From: Octopus sinensis
Taxonomy: Eukaryota
NCBI RefSeq assembly: GCF_006345805.1
Contig: NC_043008.1
Span: 60,698,001-60,762,000 of the forward strand
Direction of reading: 5' to 3'
DNA length: 64,000 nucleotides
Positions 40,062 to 53,287 of the stretch are shown in pieces. Within the stretch, counting starts at the first letter, position 1. Every line of letters begins with the position of its first letter. The notes under the pieces are model-generated. The model saw only the letters and a program-made list of their open reading frames with translations, did no database searches and had not been told where the DNA came from. The translations under genes and the position numbers were made by a program.

Positions 40062-40272
40062 AGCAGAACCGTTAGCACGCCGGGCGAAATGCGTAGCCGT
40101 ATTTCGTCTGCCTGTTACGTTCTGAGTTCAAATTCCGCCGAGGTCGACTTTGCCTTTCATCATTCGGGGTCGATAAATTAAGTACCAGTTGCGCACTGGG
40201 GTCGATGTAATCGACTTAATCCGTTTGTTTGTCCCCTCTATGTTTGGCCCCTTGTGGGTAATAAAGAAACAG
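40062..40272 (+). mobile_element. SINE family B monomer (type-1 tail)
   Basis: GCAGAACCGTTAGCACGCCGGGCGAAATG...GAGTTCAAATTCCGCCGAGGTCGAC...CCCCTTGTGGGTAATAAAGAAACAG. Confidence 0.92.
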
Positions 40273-40954
40273 ATATGTTTAGAGAGATAGATGGATATGC
40301 GAATATGACTGTCTGTTTTTGTGTATATGCTTTTTGTTACTTGTGTGTTTGTGTGTGTGGGGGGGGTGTTGTGTGCGTGTGTGTTTGCTATGAGTTAAAA
40401 GTTCATAGCATCGTTAACTGAATTTGTTCGCATCTGAGGGCAATCTTGTTTTCTCGTTTTAAATTCTTAACGGAAAATTGCGGGTCTTGTGGTCCTTCAT
40501 CATCGTCGATTACTGTGGATTCCATCTGGGAATGGCAGCTCATATATTCTTTAGCAACTAGATTTTGGTCAGTCTCTTTGCTGATTACATCGAATGATTG
40601 ATTGATTCAGCGATATCGTGTGCATCTAAATATCTATGTATATTGTGTGTATGTCTGTGTTTTTATGTGCACACACAAACGTATATATAAATTATTTTAT
40701 TACACGTAGGTAGAAATATACAAAAAACAAAAGGAGTCGAAAATGCACTCAGAGTCTTCTAGATAATTTATTTTTAAAGGCTTACTTGGTTTCACGGATT
40801 TTTCTGATTTTCAAAAGTTACGTGAGATATAAAGACATGGGCCTTTGTCACAACACTATAGCTTCATACTGTAGTTCAAAAATACTCTTGCTTTCATAGA
40901 GAGAACATGGTTCAAATTTATATAAGTTTAGGATACAACTTGATTGATAGAGTA

Positions 40955-41196
40955 CATTATTTACATTATTTACATTTGACGGATATTTCTCCTCGTCTTG
41001 TTTGTTGTTTACGCGACGTTTCGGCTGATATACCCCCCAGCCTTCATCAGGAGACTTGGGGAAATTTCGAACCTGGGTTCTCATTCCTAAGGTATTTTTC
41101 TATATTATTATTATTATTATTCAGTTCACAGCCTGGAATCGAACTCGGAATCTTAGAGTTAGTAGCCTGTGCTCTTAACCACTACGCCATATGCCC
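40955..41196 (-). mobile_element. Family F: tRNA-like head, (AAT)n linker and a tail containing a hammerhead-ribozyme core
   Basis: Box A TGGCGTAGTGG (41189-41179), box B GTTCGATTCC (41144-41135), AAT run 41102-41122, hammerhead core 41050-41015. Confidence 0.8.
41010..41056 (-). ncRNA. Minimal type I hammerhead ribozyme motif (stem I decayed in this copy)
   Basis: CUGAUGA-A-GGCUG-GGGGGUAUAU-CAGCC-GAAA-C-GUC: intact core, perfect 5-bp stem II, palindromic ACGU stem III, GUC triplet at 41017-41015. Only 2 of 5 stem I positions pair. Confidence 0.7.
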
Positions 41197-41220
41197 GTGT
41201 GTGTGTGTGTGTAGGGGAGG

Positions 41221-41350
41221 GGGCTCCTTCTTGATGAAGAGTGTAGGCTCGAAACTTATCCTTTACCACGTTCACGAGCGTCAAATTAATAGACTTGCTT
41301 GTTGTTTAAACACCTGTCTTCGTCTTTCCCTTTTCTGTAAATTTCAACTA
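41221..41350 (+). mobile_element. Short repeat family G, second copy, with hammerhead-like core
   Basis: UUGAUGA-A-GAGU-GUAG-GCUC-GAAAC at 41231-41255; tail matches 13354-13440. Confidence 0.7.
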
Positions 41351-41353
41351 TGC

Positions 41354-42905
<1,552 letters not shown>

Positions 42906-43312
42906 TCTTTATTCGTGTTTCATTTATGGCACTAAGTTGTACTACTTAGAGCTTGGGGAAATTATTATTTCTTTTACAAACATATCTATGTGATCACTCA
43001 TTGGGATCTGTCTAGTACTGGTTTCTCGTACTAGTTGACGATGAATTGTGAGTATAATTCTGGGAGCATATTTTCTTTAACCTCTATAATCCCTGTTACA
43101 TCCTTTACATTTGAAAGCATCTATTAAATTGTATAAGGCGAATCAGCTTCGATCCTGTATTGTGATCTCATTAAATCAACCAAGATCAATAACATAGGAA
43201 GATATAAACTACTGACGTTTAGACAATGCGTTAGACTTCATCGGGTGTTCTAATACGAATTAGTATATTACTCGCTGGCTGTTCTTGAGTAATTGTTATA
43301 AGATTGTAAACG

Positions 43313-43353
<41 letters not shown>

Positions 43354-44298
43354 TTTCATTTGAATTTGATATATCAATCTTAGACATTTGCGTGAAAGAC
43401 GCGAATTAGAAATAAAATTGCAAGACCGTGACCTTTAGTAATAATTATAAGAATTACTGAAGGGATAATTAAAATCCAGGCGCTCAACTCAGTAGACCTT
43501 CGTGTAGGAACCAGGTTAGCAATGTGTTCGAATGGCGGGGTGAACGTTACACATTTTAAGAAACCAAATGAGGATTGGTCATGCTTGGATCAATTAGTAA
43601 AGAAGCACTTCGCAATCCAAAGCATGTATAGCAAGTACGTGTGGTAAATCCCCAGTGAGTGTCTAACAATAGCTTTGAGAAAAGGAGAAGTCAAATCTGT
43701 TACGAACGCTATCTGTAACATACACGTTTATATACAGGCATGCGATGAAATATTGATGCCCAAATACACACTTCTTTAGAAATAAAGCTATACAAAATAT
43801 GCTGAGATGTGGGAAATACACACGCTCACACACACGCATACATGATGATAGACAAAAATGAAAATAAATAGATACTGTAGAAGTGCTGACAATAAGTTGC
43901 ATATATACGATCCATTTGTTGTATTCAACATTACTTAATAATAGGAACGAAATGTTATGCCAAAAAATCTGTATATCATATATAAATGTCTGAAGATGTA
44001 AGTGGAATAATTCGAAGTGAAATTGAAAAGAAATGAAAGGGTGAATAACATGTAAAGAAGCAATTATCACAATGAAGTGCTGACAATATTTTGGCATTTT
44101 CAAACACACATATGTTTTATGTCTGTGTGTCTTTGTTGTGGAATATGTATCAGTTTGTATGTTATATATATATATATATATATATACAAAACAGTATAAG
44201 AATACATGAATGAGTTCTAGTTGGAGCCTTTTATTCAAAATATTTACATATTTTCGCATGTCACACGAAGAGTACAACCTCCATTTACCTGGTGTATG

Positions 44299-44367
<69 letters not shown>

Positions 44368-45186
44368 ATATATATCCACTGTTCTTGCCTTACTTCTACT
44401 TTGTTATTTGTTTTTGTTTCTGTCACGCATAAGGGAGAGCCCATACCTACTCCATTTTTTTCCTTTATACAATTTACCTTGAGTAAATAGAAAGGTTAAT
44501 ATTGTTGCATAGTGAAATAGTTCTCTTGCAGAGTAAACTATTTCAGTACTGGATCTTTGTAAACACAATATATTGTGGCTTCTGTTGCCATTGAAACTTT
44601 GATAAATAAAATTTATACATCTAAGCTCGAGATGCTGCCTATTTCGTCTGCTTCTAAGAATCTTGGGATTCTTCAAATGATTGTATATTGTTTGTTTAAA
44701 TAGTGCAAAGTTTTATAAGGTTACATTACTATTTATTGACCTTGTGCGTAGTCGTACTTATTTGTAATATTAATGGCTCTGAAGGAAGTTGTTTGTTTAT
44801 ATAATTTCACTTTCTTCTGGTCAAGAGCTAAGGTGAATTCTTCTTCTGATTTGGGAAACAAATATTTCGTACTTATTCAATTATACAATTTGTTTATTTA
44901 GCGGTCGATAAGTAAATAGTCAATGTTTGCTACATATCCACCTTTATTAACAGTTACGAACAAAATACTGTGACAAAGTATTTCTATCTTTGTCTTTCTG
45001 TCCTTATTATTTCATAAATTATGCATAATTTATTCAATATTCATCTCGAGTATATTTAGTGTTGTCTAAATATTTATTCTTAATTCATTGAATCGGATTA
45101 AACACAGAATATTATTGTGAAACCCTGTAATGTTCGTCACTTCGAAAGATTTCTAGTCTTTGCAAGACAAGTTTCATCATAAAGTT

Positions 45187-45403
45187 TTTCCTGTTATAAT
45201 ATCTCGGTTGTAAGTGTAATTTAGTCAGTCTGAGGAGCAGAAATTTTTAGTCTGTGGTGAGTTTATGGTGAGAAGATGAGAAAAAGACAAGCTGTATCAT
45301 AGCCATTTTCCCGTTATAATATCTCGGTTGTAAGTGGAATTTAGTCAGTCTGAGGAGCAGAAATTTTGGTCTGTGGTGAGTTTATGGGGAGAAGATGAGA
45401 AAA
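45187..45403. repeat. Tandem duplication, 120-bp period, two ~97-bp copies
   Basis: TTTTCC(T/C)GTTATAATATCTCGGTTGTAAGTG...GAGAAGATGAGAAAA at 45187 and 45307. Confidence 0.93.
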
Positions 45404-46339
45404 TTATCTTTGTGTAGGTACAATACTTTTATTTATCAAGAATTACCTTGGTTTATTGAAATAGCGCTATCCAATCGAATTAATCAACTATCAGGTATCT
45501 GCATATCATAAAGAGCTGCATATATAATGGTTAATGAAATGCTTTTGCTGGTTTATCGATATTTTAAAAATAAAAGTTAAAAGTTTTGTTATCTTTCTCT
45601 TAACTTTCTCTGAATATACAACAAAACACAGAACAGCTCTCCAGGAAAAGATTGGTGCACAACAGATATACTCCAAAGTATTCTCAACAAAAATAGACTA
45701 TATATAGAAGTATCACTCATAGCACAGCTCAGCAGAGAGAAAGAAAATTCACTGGTTACAAAAACAAATAAATACCTTAGTGACTAAAAGTATAAAAGTG
45801 AAAATTCAAAATTTCACTGATATTGATAGCAATCTCTTTGACTGTATCTACAATGAAGAGAGAACAATCACAGTGACACTAGTTGCGTTTAACGTATGAC
45901 ACCATAATTCTGCAAGGGCTAATATTTGATGTAGAGATTTTAATCTTACAACCAAACACCAAGAAACTTTTAGAAAGTGTTAGAAACGGTAAGAGAGACA
46001 AGAGTGTAGTCACATATGCAATACAGTTCTTAAACGGAAAACATGTGTGTGTGTGTATGTGTGTGTGTTGCTAAAAATAAAAGACGTCAAGACATTCTAT
46101 ATAAGCCAAAATAAGACTGAAAATAGAGAAAAATCTGAAGTGAAATTATTTTTGTGAAACTTAATGAAGAAATGTTTATGTATTCAACCTTTTACTCTTC
46201 TTTAAATATAAAGACTTTCATAATTAGTTGTTATTGACAATAACAAGAGAGCTAATAAATAAATTTTATTAACAGTAAAAGGAGGGGGAGTAGTTAAAAT
46301 AGTTAACCTTTCTCAATTAATAAAAGTACATAAATTCCT

Positions 46340-48190
46340 CAAATGTCATCTCAGCATTTAATTATGTATGTCTTAACTCGGTCGATATGTATCATTCGTG
46401 GTTGCTCAGATGTTCCATATTTAGACTGATACAAAGAGAGAGATAAAAACTTTGTTGATTATCATCAGTACATGTACTTATATGTTCATTAAGAAGTATT
46501 TGTCTGCAAAGGGGAATCGAATTGTATCACGATGTAGTGTCATAGATGTTCATAAGGTGATTCCAGTTTGTCTAATATATTTCTCTTCATATCCTGACCA
46601 AGTTATCACATAAATTAACTTTCCGGACCCATTCCGAAAATACTTTACTAGCTTAATATAGAATCCCGAGCTTGCAAGTAATTTCAAATAAAATTTCATG
46701 GACTGTTTAACTGTATTATCGTTAAATATGATATATTTCTTTAACATTATTCTAATGATTCTGGTTAATTTTTAAAATTTGCATTAAATTTGTTTTTGGT
46801 AAAATCTAATTCAAGCGTGCTTCTGTTTTCAGCTGGTTTGGGGGATTGGGAAGAGAACATATAGTAACGCTTATAATTCATGTATACTATTTTGTTTGGC
46901 CTCGTATCCAAGCATCAGTTGTTTTAGTTTGTTCTAAACCTCATCTATTACAAAAGTCCTTAACTCTTAGTTTTTTGAAGTTGCACCTTAAGTTTTTGAA
47001 GTTGTAGTTATTTATAACAGACATATTGGTACCTATCATCTGTACTTAACTGAATGGAATGTTTGTTCTTTTTGTTCTGAATGGAATTTTTGTGTATCTG
47101 TGCGTGTGTGCGTGTGCGTCTGTGCGTGTGTGTGCGTGTGTGCGTGTGCGTCTGTGCGTGTTTTGATGATACAAAGTGTAGATGATGCTTCGAGACAGTA
47201 AGTTTATAAGACGAATTCGTCGAAGTTGGACGTTAACTTTCAATACTATAAATAACCTAAATGGTAATTTCTTTTGACTGTTTTCCATTATGAATCGAAT
47301 ATTATTTTCGATTCCATTTTGTAATAGATCAAATTCATTTGATTTTGCTATGCGACATTTTCCGTAAAATAAAATTATCATCAAAATATCATTATCTTTG
47401 GAGCGAACTTTAATAGATTGTAGTTTCCAAATATCCCAAGCCTAAATTTACATAGGTTGGGGTTATTGACATCGTACTACCGGATTTGTGTTATTAATAA
47501 CCAGTGTCGAATATGGATATATTCCATTCTTCAGTTATCAAATTTTCTATAGATTTGCATAATTCATCTATAAAATCCTCAAACCAGAATTGTATCTTTT
47601 CTTACCTGTACTCTCATGAGCCAGGCTCCTGTATAAATCTTATTTTATCAAAAGAAACAATAAGTTTTCTTTCTTCTATTCACAGTCCGTTTTTTTTTTA
47701 TATTTCAAAATATCTAAACAAACTTGCATAAAACTTGTAAACGAAAGAAATTGTTGCATTAATAGGAGTAAGAAACTACTTAAACAACGGGTTTAAAATA
47801 TTATTTTAGATTCTTTTGGTCCTCATTTAAATATTTTGATGATAAAGTACTACAGTATATACTCGTAGATTTTTTGCGTGTTTCACTTAAGTTTTTGTTA
47901 TGAATTGTTGGTAAGACATAGAGATGACTAAATTCGTGTTTAGATTTAGCTATAAAATCTTCTTCTTTATCTTGTAATTGTTTTTGCCACTAGTGTAGCT
48001 ATATTCCAAGCCGTTTCATTACTTTTTCTTCGCAGAATTCGTTTTACATAATGTTTTCTAACATAGATAAAATAAATGTTTTTTTTTAAATATTCCGTAT
48101 CGGGGATTTTAATTTTCAATTCACTATCGATTTTCAATTTTATTATGCCTTCCCATATTGCATAGCTGAATTTTTACATACATACTACTA
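46340..48190 (-). mobile_element. Decayed Penelope-like retroelement (RT followed by GIY-YIG endonuclease)
   Basis: Minus-strand motifs in the expected order: SHLYVLPTIH, GSTMSITPTYVNLGLGYLE (47481-47425; cf. GTAMG..APTYANL.MG..E), YFDD (47388-47377), IRFIMENSQKKLPF, TNIPFS, then LIYVITWSGYEEKYIRQTG (46618-46562; GIY-YIG). Many stops and frameshifts. Confidence 0.85.
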
Positions 48191-48314
48191 CTACTTCTGT
48201 GGTTATGGACAGCATAAAAAAAAACCAAAATGAGGTCACCAATATCAAGTGTTTCATTCCTAAGTTTTCTGAAGAGAAAAACTACTCACAAAAACATACA
48301 GGTACACACAATAT

Positions 48315-48696
48315 GAGGAGGCGCAATGGCCCAGTGGTTAGGGCAGCGGACTCGCGGTCGTAGGATCGCGGTTTCGATTCCCAGACCGGGCGTTGTGAGT
48401 GTTTATTGAGCGAAAACACCTAAAGCTCCACGAGGCTCCGCCAGGGATGGTGGTGATCCCTGCTGTACTCTTTCACCACAACTTTCTCTCACTCTTACTT
48501 CCTGTTTCTGTTGTACTTGTATTTCAAATGGCCGGCCTTGTCACTCTCTGTGTCACGCTGAATATCCCCGAGAACTACGTTAAGGGTACACGTGTCTGTG
48601 GAGTGCTCAGCCACTTACACGTTAATTTCACGAGCAGGCTGTTCCGTTGATCGGGTCAACCGGAACCCTCGTCGTCGTAACCGACGGAGTGCTTCC
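48315..48696 (+). mobile_element. SINE family C (tRNA-Arg-like head), full-length, 11-bp TSD
   Basis: Box A TGGCCCAGTGG, anticodon-like GACTCGCGG, box B GTTTCGATTCC; ACACACAATAT at 48304-48314 and 48697-48707. May correspond to an OR-type octopus SINE (not checked). Confidence 0.93.
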
Positions 48697-49903
48697 ACAC
48701 ACAATATATACTTACACCCACCAACATACACACACATATATAAACATATATGGAGGTATACATCTACATGTATTTGTACCGGTAATTGTGTAAATGTCTA
48801 AGCGTGCAAGTTAGAAGAAAAAAGGGTCGACAGGACAATGTTACTGTGTTTTTAAGTATGTCAGTCGATACACATGCGCGTTTACCTGCGTACATATTGA
48901 CATTGTCTAGATAAGTAAGTAAAACAAAACCCTGAATTGTACAATGTCTCTATTTAAAGCTTTGGTACGTCTAACCACGTCACAGGTCTGTACTGACACA
49001 ACGCTTTATTATGGACAGAGAAGAAATTTACATTTGACCCGGTCATTATATTGATAACTAATTTATTCACTTAGGAAAAGCTTTAATCTTTAGTTTAGCT
49101 AGTGTAACTTATCTTATCCATTCACTTTTGCTCCTTTTCTCTTTCTCACTAATCATACATTAGAACTTCTTTATGTGTCTTCTATTTATTGTTCGACTGA
49201 CTTCGATATTATAAAAATGTGTATGTTATTTGTCTAGACACTTTATATTTATTTATTTAAATGTTTCCATATTAGATATTTGTTCGTTTCTTTTTATGTA
49301 TTTGCAAAATAAGGTCAATATAGTAGCAGAGTACTGACATAAAGATTATTGTCACGAACAGTTGCTAGATCAATTCCTTGCCCCACCAACACACACACGC
49401 ACACACACATACACGCACACACACATACACATATACACACGTCACTTCAACAGCCTTTGTCTTTACCACGTTGACGTAGATATAAGCCTTCGTTGTTTTC
49501 CTGGCAGCACCAGTGGTTTTGCTCTAAAAGATACGCAGCGAGTATTGACGCGTATTTGTGCTGTATAGTATCCAAGGCTCTGAGCAAAACTCTGAGTACT
49601 GACTGTGTATAATAGTGGTTAGTAATCTTAGTTTGTCGTTTGTTTTAAGTAATAAATTAGCAATTTCAAATAGAATATATCCATACGAAACCCCGCTTCA
49701 CGTTCATAGCCTGTATATTATAATCTTGCAAAACTCTCCTACTTTATTCATCTAATTAATTATTGAGTACGTTTTTCATAGGACGTGGCCTAATGTTGCT
49801 ACGACCTTCAGGAGATCCAGCATGCGGGCTTTTGAGTAAAATGGAAATAATCAAGCATAGCGCATACCATCGGGATTGAACAGATTGCGGTATAATAAAT
49901 ATA

Positions 49904-50117
49904 TATTTATTTACTACCCACAAGGGGCTAAACACAGAGAGGACAAACAAGGACAGACAAACGGATTAAATCGATTACATCGACCCAGTGCGTAAATGGT
50001 ACTTAATTTATCGACCCCAAAAGGATGAAAGGCAAAGTCGACCTCGGCGGAATTTGAACCCAGAACGTAACGGCAGACGAAATGTTTACTACCCACAGGG
50101 GGCTAAACACAGAGAGG
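49904..50117 (-). mobile_element. SINE family B headless unit followed by a 34-bp piece of a second unit's tail
   Basis: The unit ends at GACGAAAT (50083), then TTTACTACCCACAGGGGGCTAAACACAGAGAGG is repeated. Confidence 0.9.
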
Positions 50118-50400
50118 CCTATGTATAAGCCGTAAACTGATGAAACCGAAAATATCAATATTGTTATAATAGTACATTTGGCGTTTACTGTTGCAACGTG
50201 GCCATCACAAAAATTCAAGTAATTGTATTTAGATTAACTATATACAGTCAGATATAACTTAAACCGCAAATGTTACAAAATTTATCCCCAGAAGAACTTA
50301 TTGACACAACCCTACATTCAGACCAAAGGCGTCCTTGTAAGCTTGGGTGGTAGACATTATTTGCGCGAAATACCTTCGTGGTTTGGATGGTGTGAGCACC

Positions 50401-50432
<32 letters not shown>

Positions 50433-51723
50433 ACTATTACTTCAGTGTTTTTTTTTATTGCGTTTTCACAAGATTGTGTACTGTCAATATTGTGTGAGTT
50501 TTAAAATCCATTATACAAAGTTATATCTGTTTATATATGTAGGTAAACACCGACATTCTACCATTAATAAAAGTATGCTATAGAAATGCACTCGTAACGT
50601 GTATGTTATTATTACTAAAAGACATCATTATTATTATTAATGTTATTATTATCATTATTATTATTATTATTGGTAATAGTAGTAGTAGTGGTTGTAGTAG
50701 TACTAGTCAATATAATTTTCTCTTACAATGCAGCTGTCTTGTTTCCCAGATAGTTCTGGAGAGTGTGAAATAATGAAGCGTGTGCTGATGTGTGTGTGTG
50801 AGTGTGTGTGTGTGTGTATATATACATATAGATACAGAGAGGGTGAGGGAAAGGGGGAAAGAGCCTTCCTAAAAACAATTACAAAAAGAAGGATAAAGCA
50901 CCGACATAAAATTCTTGTGAATTTTTATACACTGATACGAGAAAAACACACACACGTTTGAGTATAGGTGTGTATATAAGTGAAAAATATTTAAATTGCA
51001 ACAGTTATAATTACCTTATTTGGTATGCTAATTCGAGAGACTTCAAAGTTAATCGATGCGACCATTAGTTCGAAGTTGATAAATACAAACATACTAAAGA
51101 TGGAATTAAAGGGAGGTTAACTACTTTGAATTCGAGATAAAGAAGGTTTAAGTTTCTAGCTTATATGATAAAAAGATACGATTTGAAACAGTAAAAGACT
51201 GAGACACGATATAGAATACTTCAGATCGATACTATCTGAGTGGATTTAAATATGTTATTTAGAATGCAAGAATGGATGTGTCGGTATCAGTAGTTAAAAA
51301 TCATTAAATAAACTAAACTGAAGTTAACCGAATTCAGACTGAGATTAATCTAAATAAAAGATTATAAAATTAATAGGGGAGTGTGAGAATTATCCCAGGC
51401 TTACTATCCATGAAGGAAGTGCAAAAGATTGTCTTAATTGGTACGTTGCACTAGTTAAGAGAAGAGCATTGTCGCTGTGAATTTTCTTTATTTTTTTCCC
51501 TTTTATTTTCTTAGTGTTCTTTTTTTTTCATTTTCGCTTTGTCTTTCTTGCCCCTTTCTTCTATCACGTGACTTTGTAAACGAACGATCTGGTGTGTTTA
51601 TTTCCAGGGCCTATAAATGTATACTGTGAGATTCTTTGCACTAAGTGTTGGGAAGACACTCGACAGGAAATGGAAACAAAATTGAAAGAGGATAATGACA
51701 ACAACAACAACAATAATAATGTA

Positions 51724-51933
51724 GGTCTCAAATTTTGGTACATGGCCATCAAGATTGGAAACGCTTTAACTCGAACATATAGACCCCAGTACTTAACTGG
51801 TACTTATTTTCTCGACTCGAAGGAATAAAATGCAAAGTTGACGTCGGCGGATTTTGAACTCACAACGTGAAGAGTGATGTAATGCCGTTAATCATTTTGC
51901 CCGGTGTGCTAACAATTCTGCCAGGTCGCCGCC

Positions 51934-51935
<2 letters not shown>
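51724..51935 (-). mobile_element. SINE family B, diverged copy (type-2 tail)
   Basis: GACCCCAGTACTTAACTGGTAC...GTCGGCGGATTTTGAACTC...CTGCCAGGTCGCCGCCTT. Confidence 0.85.
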
Positions 51936-52004
<69 letters not shown>

Positions 52005-52030
52005 TAATACTAATAATAATAACAATAACC
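51936..52030. repeat. (TTA)n/(TCA)n microsatellite
   Basis: Seen directly. Confidence 0.93.
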
Positions 52031-52179
52031 GTTTCTACTACAAGCACAAGATCTAAAATTTTGAGGGAATGCGTAGCCAATATCATCGACACTAGTGATT
52101 AACTGGTGTCCGGCTCGATGGCAATTCTGCTATCTCATCACCTTAATAGTAATGATGACAATAATGATGGTTTAATTGG

Positions 52180-52360
52180 CGTACAAGACCAATAGTTCTG
52201 AGGTTAATCGTTGTTATATTTCTCCTCGTTTGACTGGTACTTTATTTAATCGATTCCGAGGGGATGAAAGGCTAAGTGACCTCGGCGAGTTTTGGACACC
52301 GAACGTAAGAATCCGAAGCAACACTGCTAGACTTAACGATGCTGCTAACACATTGCCTTA
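52180..52360 (-). mobile_element. SINE family B, heavily diverged copy
   Basis: GACTGGTACTTTATTTAATCGATTCCGAGGGGATGAAAGG...GACCTCGGCG. Confidence 0.7.
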
Positions 52361-52762
52361 AGTAGTCTTAGTAGTAAGGAGGAGGATAACCACTAATGGT
52401 TGACAAAAATACTGGGCACGGTACGGGACGATAAATTATGGGATTACATAAAAGAGTGTATAAAAAGGCAAATAACGAAAAGAAAGGCGCAAAGAGTAAA
52501 ATTCAAACAAGGCATAATTCACCTGAAACTAGAAAACCTCCGTGTGCTATTCGTAGAAACAACAGAAGGCATGATCTCACGGATATCTTATACAAGGGCG
52601 GGCTCCCAGTTGTCCTCCGCCAAACTTACAGACACAAGCTCAGAGTAAACCCATTCACTTGAACCATGTTCGTCACTCTAAAAATTTCTTAGGAGGGAAT
52701 CTTTAACATAACTATATTTTTGATTAAGGCACAATTACTGTAACGTTAAGAGGAAGAGTTTT

Positions 52763-52983
52763 CCCATTCGTTACCAACCAGGCTAAAACCTGCTCTGGCT
52801 CTGTAGTACAAATGTCTTGTTTTCATAAGTTTTGAATTAAAGTCTTCCGCCAAACCTTAGTCACAATTTATGCTCCTAACACTAGCTGAATGATAACTTA
52901 GTAATTTTGCTAAATTCTTTGTTATATTTAAAGTAATTGAAAGAAACACAGAGCATCTCAAAATAAATACAGTAATGAAAGGG
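52763..52983. mobile_element. piggyBac-like MITE remnant
   Basis: Left end CCCATTCGTTAC versus reverse complement of right end CCCTTTCATTAC (10/12); right flank TTAA, left flank TTTT. Confidence 0.55.
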
Positions 52984-53287
52984 TTAATCGATTAATACAA
53001 ATACAGTACTTCATCGACATTGAAAGAGTTTGCGGTAAATTTAATTTTAGTGGTATTTGAACTCACAGTGCGATGAAACAGAATAAATACCGCAAAGTAC
53101 ATTTTTTTATGACGCTGTAGTAATTCTGTCAATCCACGCCCTTGACAATACAATACTTTAATAACTCTAATGTAGGTCAACAACATGTAGGGTAATCTGA
53201 TAATAAATCTAAGATTAAAAGAGCAAGTGAATGTGTGTGTATGAGTTTGTGTTCTCAGTAAGTAAGGAAGTGGTGTTAATAAATAAT

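Noticed and set aside
41125-41196. tRNA gene call for this and other SINE heads (48320, 56580, 57400-57472)
   Set aside because: Boxes A and B are present, but there is no complete acceptor stem or terminator and each continues into a repeat body.
44404-45150. Additional Penelope fragment (KNPKILRSRR)
   Set aside because: Similarity is too weak to separate from AT-rich background.
50137-50156. CTGATGA-AACC-GAAA hammerhead-like string
   Set aside because: No stem I, stem II or valid stem III and cleavage triplet.
52395-52660. Possible RTE LINE C-terminal fragment
   Set aside because: Resemblance is only compositional (K/R-rich); no diagnostic motif is intact.
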